This document shows, piece after piece, positions 57,321-64,000 of a DNA stretch of 64,000 nucleotides. The stretch's first letter is position 1; each line of letters begins with the position of its first letter. Position numbers and translations under genes: made by a program. Source of the stretch: an uncultured Pseudomonadales bacterium (GTDB lineage: Bacteria > Patescibacteriota > Microgenomatia > UBA1400 > PJMF01). The stretch lies in assembly GCA_964393205.1 (NCBI GenBank), contig CAYMSV010000002.1, positions 96,843 through 160,842 on the forward strand. Reading direction: 5' to 3'. The notes beneath the pieces are model-generated. The model saw only the letters and a list, made by a program, of their open reading frames with translations, was not told where the DNA came from and made no database searches.

Positions 57321-58343
57321 GCCTAAAAAATTTTTACGATCGACATAGCCTGGGTCTGAATACAAATTACTGTCGCCTTTAGTGATAATTTTGCCTTTTT
57401 CTAGACCATGAAAACGATGCACCACTACGTTTTTCAGCTCCTGATGCCAAAAAGCAATAATGTCTCCCTTTTTTAAATTTTTAAAGTTAATTCTCTTTAT
57501 CAAAACTTCATCACCTTTTAAGACCAAGGGTTCCATACTTCCACTGCCAGCAGTTGCTACAAACTTTTCACCTATTGGTAAATTTTTTAAAAAATTAAAC
57601 ACCAACCCAGCCTTTTTATTATCAGGCATCTTCTCTAGCACCAAAGAGTTGCAATATTTTTTATATTCTAGCAACACTTCCTGACCACCATCCATAAACA
57701 ACTGACCCTTCTCTAACCAAATAAAACGATTACATAGTCTACGAAGTAGAGGTAATAGATGGCTACATAAAACAATTGTTTTGCCTTGCTTAAAAATCTC
57801 TTCTACCTTGTCAAAAGCTTTTTTTTGAAAATCATTGTCTCCTACCACAATGCCCTCATCAATAATAAAAATATCTGGATCACAGTGTACAGCTATAGAA
57901 AAAGCTAAACGTAAAATCATTCCCGATGAATAAGTATATAGAGGTCGGTCTATAAATTGAGCAATACCAGAAAATTCAATAATTGTACTTTCTAATTTTT
58001 TAATTTTATTCAGTGAAGTACCCAAAACTACAGCATTTAAATAAATATTTTCCCTACCAGAGGATTGAGGATAAAAACCAGCAGTTAAATCAATCAGAGA
58101 AATAATTTTCCCAAAATGCTTAACCCGACCCTCACTAGCTTGAGCTATACCAGTAATTAACTTTAGTAAAGTTGTTTTTCCAGCTCCATTATTACCTAAA
58201 ACAGCTACTTTTTCTCCTTTATATATTTTTAAGTCAATGTTTTTTAAAGCATAAAAAGTTTTTTCTTTGTCAGAGTCAATTGAAGGATAAATCTTATTAA
58301 CCTTGTCCAGTTCTATTGCTAATCTTTGCTTTTGTTTAGACAT
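57300..58343 (-). CDS. Wzt-type ABC transporter ATP-binding protein fused to a C-terminal Sec11/SipW-type (S26) signal-peptidase-like domain
   Basis: 347 aa. The N-terminal ~230 aa are an ABC ATPase (GNNGAGKTT, YSSGMILRLAFSIAVH, IFIIDEG). The C-terminal ~100 aa read GSGSMEPLVLKGDEVLIKR...GDIIAFW...VVHRFHG...ITKGDSNLYSD. This reproduces SPase I boxes B (SGSMEP), C, D (VHR, the ER/archaeal His type) and E (GDN..D). Confidence 0.7.
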   Translation of the reverse strand: MSKQKQRLAIELDKVNKIYPSIDSDKEKTFYALKNIDLKIYKGEKVAVLGNNGAGKTTLLKLITGIAQASEGRVKHFGKIISLIDLTAGFYPQSSGRENIYLNAVVLGTSLNKIKKLESTIIEFSGIAQFIDRPLYTYSSGMILRLAFSIAVHCDPDIFIIDEGIVVGDNDFQKKAFDKVEEIFKQGKTIVLCSHLLPLLRRLCNRFIWLEKGQLFMDGGQEVLLEYKKYCNSLVLEKMPDNKKAGLVFNFLKNLPIGEKFVATAGSGSMEPLVLKGDEVLIKRINFKNLKKGDIIAFWHQELKNVVVHRFHGLEKGKIITKGDSNLYSDPGYVDRKNFLGLMIKVV

Positions 58344-58346
58344 TTA

Positions 58347-59141
58347 CTATAACCAATCATCTACTTTTTTACTTTGTTTTCTAAAAAAATCTAGAGAAAA
58401 AACTAAAAATAATATAGAAAATAAGCCATTTATCAAATATTCCTGAAAACTCATGCCTAAATCTAAAAATATCGAGCGAAACATTTCAATGAACTGAAAT
58501 AAAGGGTTTAAAGACAAGATTCCAGCTAAATTGTTAGGAAGTAAGTCGCGAGCATAAAAAATTGGTACCATAAAAAAAGATAGTTGAATAATAAAATCTA
58601 TTACCACCATAAACTTTTTAACTCTTGCAACTAAAATTGAAAAAAACAGAGCTACAGCTAGAGAAAAAAAGGCTAAAAAAATTGATAAAACACTAAATAA
58701 AAAAAAGGATTTAATAAAATAAGCAAAAGCCACTCCAAAATTAACAGAAGAAAAACTTACAAAAAGCAATATTAATAAACTAGTAATAAAATAAGGAATA
58801 AAACTTACTATCAAAGTTTTTATCAATAAAAGTTCTCTAGGAAAAACCGCTTTTTTAATAAGATTTTGTTCATCAACTAAAATTATTGCAGAACTCTTAA
58901 TAAATTTGGCAAAAAAACTCCAGGAGATTAATCCTGATAATATAAATAAAAAATAATTATTATCTTTAGAAACAAGCATAAAAGATAAAATGAAAGAAAG
59001 AATAAATGCTTTAATAATAGGAGTGCTAATTTCCCATACTAAGCTCAAAAAACTCCTTTTACTACTCACGTTCAAATCTTTTTTTGTCATCAGAAGCAAA
59101 AAATCTAAGTATGGAAATTTTTCTTTATATTCTTGAGTCAT
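58347..59141 (-). CDS. ABC-2 type transporter permease (Wzm-like), partner of the Wzt-peptidase fusion
   Basis: 264 aa with six TM helices. It lies 3 nt upstream of the ATPase gene on the same strand. Confidence 0.7.
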   Translation of the reverse strand: MTQEYKEKFPYLDFLLLMTKKDLNVSSKRSFLSLVWEISTPIIKAFILSFILSFMLVSKDNNYFLFILSGLISWSFFAKFIKSSAIILVDEQNLIKKAVFPRELLLIKTLIVSFIPYFITSLLILLFVSFSSVNFGVAFAYFIKSFFLFSVLSIFLAFFSLAVALFFSILVARVKKFMVVIDFIIQLSFFMVPIFYARDLLPNNLAGILSLNPLFQFIEMFRSIFLDLGMSFQEYLINGLFSILFLVFSLDFFRKQSKKVDDWL

Positions 59142-59300
59142 AATCGATATTTAAATGCAACTAAAACTAAAGCATTATAATATAGAGCTACATAGAAAAA
59201 CTAATCAACTTAAACAAAAATTTCCATAATTTTTATCAATAACACATCAATCATAGAGTTTCCGGTTGTTTACTCTATAAAAAAATGACAAAATGAAAAG

Positions 59301-60614
59301 ATGATTAACTGCCCAAAAATTAAAGATATTAGAAATAAAAAAATCTTAGTCAGGGTTGACTTCAATGTCCCCTTAAAGTTAGTTGCAGGTAAAGCTGGAA
59401 ATAAAAATGCAGTTTGGAGAGTAGCTGATAGTGACAGAATCAGTAGTGCTCTGGAAACTATCAATTTTTTAATCGATCATAAGGCAAAAGTAGTTTTAAT
59501 TTCACATCTCGGCAGAGCTGAAGGTAAAAAAAATCATGATTTGAGTTTATTACCAGTGGCCAAATTTTTGAAAAATAATTTAGATTTACCTGTTGAATTC
59601 GTTGACGATTGTGTGGGTTTAAAAGTTGCAGAAAAATCAAAAAAATTAGTCAGTGGCCAAGCCTTATTATTAGAAAATCTGCGTTTTTACCCTGGAGAAG
59701 AAGTAAATGATCTGAATTTTACCAAACAACTAATTAAAGACAGTGGGGCTGAAATATTTATTAATGAAGCTTTTAGTGCTAGTCATCGAGCCCATGCTAG
59801 CGTAGTTGGCTTGGCTAAGCGCTTACCTAGTTACGCTGGTTTTAATTTAAAACGAGAAGTTGAACATTTCAATAAAGCTCTAGAAAATATTAAGCGACCA
59901 CTAATTTTAGTGATGGGTGGCGCTAAAATTTCTGACAAAGTAGCTACTATGCAAAATTTATCTCGCTTAGCAGATGTTGTTTTGGTAGGAGGTGGGATTG
60001 CCAATGCCATGCTTCGAGCCGGAGGAATTGAAACCCATCGCTCTTTCATTGGCGCAAACGAAGAAAAAGAACCAGATGAAGTTAAAAAAATTATGAATAT
60101 GGCAAAAGAAATATTAGTTGAACATGCTACAGAACGAGTTTTGTTTGAAGAGCTTGGCAAAGATCGTAAAAATCTACCGCTTCCTAAAATTGTTTTACCA
60201 ATCGATGTATTAGCAGCTAAAAATGCAAAGGCTACAAAAACTGAAAAAATCACTTTGCTATCAGATGTTGCAGACACTGACAATGATCGCGATATTAAAT
60301 ATTTAGATATTGGTCCAGAAACTATTAGACTCTATCGCTATATTCTAAAAGAAGCAAAAACTATTGTTTGGAATGGTCCAATGGGTGTATTCGAAAATCC
60401 TAATTTTGCTCGTGGCAGTCGAGAGATTGCGCGCGCGATTGCGCGCGCTACTCAAAAAGGCGCTATTTCTCTAGTAGGTGGTGGAGAAAGCAATAGTGTT
60501 ATTAATCGAACAGGATTACACGAACAGTTTACTCATATATCTACTGCTGGTGGAGCTGCGCTAGAATTTTTGAGCGGTAAAGAGTTGCCTGGAGTTAAAG
60601 AATTAAAAAAATAA
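59301..60614 (+). CDS. pgk: Phosphoglycerate kinase
   Basis: KKILVRVDFNVPL is the N-terminal substrate-binding motif. PGK hinge and ATP-binding regions are present (GGGIANAM..., GGGESNS, TGGGA). 437 aa. Confidence 0.95.
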   Translation: MINCPKIKDIRNKKILVRVDFNVPLKLVAGKAGNKNAVWRVADSDRISSALETINFLIDHKAKVVLISHLGRAEGKKNHDLSLLPVAKFLKNNLDLPVEFVDDCVGLKVAEKSKKLVSGQALLLENLRFYPGEEVNDLNFTKQLIKDSGAEIFINEAFSASHRAHASVVGLAKRLPSYAGFNLKREVEHFNKALENIKRPLILVMGGAKISDKVATMQNLSRLADVVLVGGGIANAMLRAGGIETHRSFIGANEEKEPDEVKKIMNMAKEILVEHATERVLFEELGKDRKNLPLPKIVLPIDVLAAKNAKATKTEKITLLSDVADTDNDRDIKYLDIGPETIRLYRYILKEAKTIVWNGPMGVFENPNFARGSREIARAIARATQKGAISLVGGGESNSVINRTGLHEQFTHISTAGGAALEFLSGKELPGVKELKK

Positions 60615-60624
60615 TTTTGATATT

Positions 60625-62796
60625 TTAAAAAGAATACCGTTCATCTAATTTTTGTAAAATAATTTTCTTTTGCTTATCATCTAAACCAACTTCTAAATGA
60701 CCTGTTAAATAACCCTTAACACCTGCTTCTTTATCAAGCATTGCTTTTACTAATTGTTCAAACTTTAATAGCTGATTTTCTTCAAAAAGATTAGTTGTCA
60801 CTTGTCTATACAAAAATAAATAATGATGATAGTCGCCACTTTCTTTGGCTGAAAAATCTTTAAAATTTAAAAAAAAGTGACTTAATTGATCTAAATTGTT
60901 TTCATCTAAAAAAACTGCTCGCTCTTTAAAGAATATATAAGAATCAAAAAAATATGCTGACTGATAAAAATAGCTAGCTCTCGACCAATCACCTTGCAAA
61001 TAAGCATTTTGTGCTAAATTATAAATTTGCCTCGCTAAATCTATTTGTTGTTTGTAGCTAATAAAATAGTAATCATTAAACATTTTATAGTCTCTTTTGA
61101 TTTCAAATAGCTTCTTCAAGAGAATCTCTGAATCTTGTAGAGACATATCTTTGAAATTAACTTGATTTACAAAAGCCACTGGATCTATCTTAGCCAAATC
61201 TAAATATAAATCTTTCTTTCTTGATTTATCTAAATCTTGCAAATTTAAAAAACGAGTAATAAATTCGCCATCATAACGATACCAACTGTACAGATTCTCA
61301 TAATTAACAGAGTTAATTGCTGAATCATTCATTGGAGCTTTGGCTGCAAAATTAAGAAATGGTGTAAATTTTAACCAAAGCTCAGGTTTCTTTGACTGCC
61401 AATAAACTGTCAAAAGATCAGCAAGCACTAAAGAAACAGTAACAAAAAATAAAAATGATAAATAAAAAAACCACAACTTGTTTGATTTTTTTTGAGCATG
61501 ATTTTTAACATCACCTGACAAAATAAGAGCCAAAAATATAAGTGTCAATAAAAAAATAATAAAAAAATTCCAATCAAAATCTAGCATTGCATTTATTAAA
61601 GAACTAATAGCAGCCAAATAAAGAAAATTATTTAAAGATTTTTTTGAGTCTAAAACTAGACTTCCAGCTTGATAGAAAATAAACAAACTAAAGAGAATAA
61701 AACTTCCTCCACCGATAACACCCATCTCTGCCAAATTATGAAAAAAAATGTTATGTGCATAAGCGCTATGAGTTTCATTAGCTATTGGAAAACGACGAGA
61801 TACATATTTAAAAGAACCTAAACCATAACCAACAAGTGGATAGTTTTTAAAACTCAACCAAGCTTGTCTCCAATAAAAAAACCGACTGTTCTCACTTACT
61901 GAAATACACAAATCCTTACGATATAAACGCAAAGGACACTTACGCTCATCATTAATGAGTAATGGCAAAGACAAAAGTAAAAAAATCAAGGCAGCTGATA
62001 AAAAACTCAAGACGATACTTTTAATTAAAAAGTAAAAAATTTTATTTTTACGTAACTTATAAAAATCCTTTTTGAGTAATAAAAAAATAATAAAAAATTG
62101 CACAATACTAATAAACAAAGCCCAACGAGATAAACTAATCAATAATAAAAAATAAGAACTAATTAATAAAAAAATATCAAAAAATGATTTAAGTTTATTT
62201 TTAAAAAAATAAGAAGAATTTTTTTTGAATAAATGCCACCAAACTAGAGGTAAAAGTAAAAGTAAAAAAGCTGCGTAATGATTGTGGCCATAGCTCCTAA
62301 CTAATAAGTTCATTCCTTGAAAAAAATCTTGTGAATTGCTGACAAAACTCAAAACAATAACCAAAATATTCAATATGAAAGTAAGTAATAAAAGATATTC
62401 AACAAACAGTTGGGCCTTAAAATACTTATTTTTAAGTTTTAAAACGAATAGAAAAATACTAATAGCTGTTAAATAAAACAAATATTTTTCCAAAGAAAGA
62501 GGTTTGTGGTGAGAAAAAATGCTGCTGACAAAGGCTAGTAATAAGAAACAACAACTTAAAACACAAGTTTTATCTAAAAAAATTTCTTTTATTTTTAGTG
62601 AAAAAACACTATTTTTATCTGAATTTGAAGACTTTAATATCACTTTCTTGTCTTTTTTTACAAAAGTATAAGTTAGCAGGAATAATGACCACAAGGCAAA
62701 TAAATAGAATTTGTATTCTGTTTCCATCAAAAAAAGAGACAACAGAGCAAGCGTTGAAAAAAATGGATAAAAGTATTTAAACAAAAAATTAGTCAT
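60625..62796 (-). CDS. O-antigen ligase/Wzy_C-domain membrane protein with long C-terminal soluble extension (paralog of 32498-34852)
   Basis: 723 aa with SYGHNHYAAFLLLLLPLVWWHLF, a Wzy_C block HNIFFHNLAEMGVIGGGSF and an SRW loop (LLISLSRWALFISIVQ). A ~300 aa C-terminal non-membrane region follows. Confidence 0.55.
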   Translation of the reverse strand: MTNFLFKYFYPFFSTLALLSLFLMETEYKFYLFALWSLFLLTYTFVKKDKKVILKSSNSDKNSVFSLKIKEIFLDKTCVLSCCFLLLAFVSSIFSHHKPLSLEKYLFYLTAISIFLFVLKLKNKYFKAQLFVEYLLLLTFILNILVIVLSFVSNSQDFFQGMNLLVRSYGHNHYAAFLLLLLPLVWWHLFKKNSSYFFKNKLKSFFDIFLLISSYFLLLISLSRWALFISIVQFFIIFLLLKKDFYKLRKNKIFYFLIKSIVLSFLSAALIFLLLSLPLLINDERKCPLRLYRKDLCISVSENSRFFYWRQAWLSFKNYPLVGYGLGSFKYVSRRFPIANETHSAYAHNIFFHNLAEMGVIGGGSFILFSLFIFYQAGSLVLDSKKSLNNFLYLAAISSLINAMLDFDWNFFIIFLLTLIFLALILSGDVKNHAQKKSNKLWFFYLSFLFFVTVSLVLADLLTVYWQSKKPELWLKFTPFLNFAAKAPMNDSAINSVNYENLYSWYRYDGEFITRFLNLQDLDKSRKKDLYLDLAKIDPVAFVNQVNFKDMSLQDSEILLKKLFEIKRDYKMFNDYYFISYKQQIDLARQIYNLAQNAYLQGDWSRASYFYQSAYFFDSYIFFKERAVFLDENNLDQLSHFFLNFKDFSAKESGDYHHYLFLYRQVTTNLFEENQLLKFEQLVKAMLDKEAGVKGYLTGHLEVGLDDKQKKIILQKLDERYSF

Positions 62797-62843
62797 AAAT
62801 GACTTGTTAGTTATAACTTATTTTATTATAGTTATAGAGTTTA

Positions 62844-64000
62844 ATGAAAATCAAAAATAAAAAAACTTTTAACATCCTTATCTTTTTCATAACTTTCAGT
62901 TTGCAGATTCTACTTATTGCTAGCCTGCTACTAAACTACCTTGTTTTCAACAACACTCTTTCTCAAAATAAAAGTTGGCAAACTACCAAAAATGACTTGT
63001 TTAATCCAGCTTCTGATGGCACAGTTTTTGCTGATCAAACTCAATCACTAGCTACAAATTCACTAAACCTATCCGCTTGGAGAGCTTGGAATGAGGTTTA
63101 TCTGAAAGACATCTTTTCTTGGAAAACATTGTCTTTAATGTTTCTTCCAAATGAAAACTCTTACATTTACGTGATATTTAATAGAACTGAAGAAAATTTT
63201 TCAGCAATCAGGATTAGTTATTCCCCATTTTTTGACAATGCCTTAATAAGTGCTAAATATACTGGAGAGTTTACTAAAATTACGCCTATTTCAATACCAA
63301 ATTTAAATAGTTCTGGATGGCAACAATTATTATTGAAAAAAGACAGTGAGGATGACCAAACTATTGAATTTTGGTATAACGAACAACTCATAGCTAAACA
63401 AACCTTCTCTGAATCTCCTAAAGGAAATGTTGCCTTCAGAGCAGGCAAAGAGCAAATGTTGATTGACAATATTGAAATCAGAAATAACCAGGATCAAATT
63501 ATTTTCAGCGAAAATTTTGATCAATTAGATAAATTTTGGCCTAAATTCTTTTTTCTAATAACAGTAATTATTCTCCTCGATTTAATCATCTGTTTGTTAG
63601 TGAAAAATAGAGAAAAAAAGATTAAACCATTTATTCAAAAAAACTTCAGTTTATGTTTGGTATTTATTTTAATTAATCTAGTTTTTCTATTGTTAAATAA
63701 TCACATAAGAAGTCGTTATCCTCGAGATGATTCTTTTATTAAAAAAATTAGATTTAACGACCGAAAACAAACTAAAATTAATCATGCTGAAAGTAGTCAG
63801 CTTTTAAATAAACATTCAGTAGAATTCGATCAAACAAATATCACTAGAATTATGTTTATTGGTTCTTCTCAAACTAAAGGAGAAGGGAGTAGTTTAGAGG
63901 GTGAAGATTTTGTTTCTCAATTTGCTAGTTTAGTAAAAAAACACAATAAAAATGATGAAAAGAAGTTTGAAGTTATTAATGCTAGTATAGCTGGTTTCCC
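62844..64000 (+). CDS. Membrane protein with N-terminal beta-sandwich-like ectodomain and C-terminal SGNH/GDSL-like hydrolase domain (partial, continues past window end)
   Basis: ATG at 62844 (MKIKNKKTFNILIFFITFSLQILLIASLL...). There is an internal TM (FFFLITVIILLDLIICLLV), then ITRIMFIGSSQTKGEGSS, a GDS-like block with Ser nucleophile. No stop occurs before the window end, so it is absent from the ORF track. Confidence 0.45.
   Translation, partial: MKIKNKKTFNILIFFITFSLQILLIASLLLNYLVFNNTLSQNKSWQTTKNDLFNPASDGTVFADQTQSLATNSLNLSAWRAWNEVYLKDIFSWKTLSLMFLPNENSYIYVIFNRTEENFSAIRISYSPFFDNALISAKYTGEFTKITPISIPNLNSSGWQQLLLKKDSEDDQTIEFWYNEQLIAKQTFSESPKGNVAFRAGKEQMLIDNIEIRNNQDQIIFSENFDQLDKFWPKFFFLITVIILLDLIICLLVKNREKKIKPFIQKNFSLCLVFILINLVFLLLNNHIRSRYPRDDSFIKKIRFNDRKQTKINHAESSQLLNKHSVEFDQTNITRIMFIGSSQTKGEGSSLEGEDFVSQFASLVKKHNKNDEKKFEVINASIAGF

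Noticed and set aside
60421-60450. GC-rich near-palindrome GAGATTGCGCGCGCGATTGCGCGCGCT in an AT-rich context
   Set aside because: It lies inside pgk and encodes REIARAIARA. It looks like a small in-frame duplication rather than a structured RNA or binding site.
31362-62780. Assorted short antisense ORFs in the glycan locus (31362-31586, 38195-38407, 39518-39733, 43036-43344, 43259-43444, 43950-44162, 50216-50410, 52984-53169, 56687-56878, 57104-57307, 57460-57684, 59270-59464, 59831-60283, 62598-62780, 63218-63469, 63330-63524)
   Set aside because: Each lies fully inside a longer ORF with clear family motifs on the other strand or frame. In a ~30% GC genome such AT-rich antisense frames occur by chance.

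Overview
This is an AT-rich (roughly 30% GC by eye), tightly packed bacterial chromosomal segment with many overlapping stop/start codons. The gene content and architecture are consistent with a small-genome, CPR/Patescibacteria-like organism; that placement is inference. The first ~14 kb carries housekeeping and envelope genes: a cytidylate-kinase-like gene, a class A PBP, a GH18-like hydrolase, a surface protein, MurJ, a PilN/PilO-like trio, rpsT, lepA, a SurA-N-like protein and a bPH membrane protein. An rRNA unit follows on the minus strand, consisting of tRNA-Ala(UGC), 23S and 5S, with no 16S or tRNA-Ile in front of it. Next to it sit a membrane-anchored TraD/VirD4-like P-loop ATPase, an acidic coiled-coil protein and a DUF192 protein. 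From ~22 kb to the window end there is a ~40 kb cell-surface glycan/envelope locus, interrupted only by rpsA and pgk. It encodes NagZ, a WecB/TagA GT26, two GT4s and one further GT, three GT-C (PMT/ArnT-like) membrane proteins, and three O-antigen-ligase/Wzy-like proteins, two of them giant. It also encodes five paralogous membrane-anchored SGNH/GDSL-like hydrolases, a NodU-like carbamoyltransferase coupled to a NodB-like deacetylase, a class II GATase fused to a PP-loop (WbuX-like) amidotransferase, a radical SAM/SPASM enzyme, a PQQ-propeller fused to a GH-A hydrolase, a PLP-decarboxylase-like protein, a SAM methyltransferase and two Wzm/Wzt ABC-2 exporters. The most unusual part is a compact cassette at ~55.8-59.1 kb. 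It comprises a QueC-like PP-loop protein, a 25-codon ORF, a PqqD-like (RiPP recognition element) gene, and a Wzt-type ABC ATPase whose C-terminus is a Sec11/SipW-type signal-peptidase-like domain with its Wzm permease. I read this as a candidate undescribed peptide or peptidoglycan-conjugate modification and export module embedded in the glycan locus. I found no CRISPR array, transposase or integrase.
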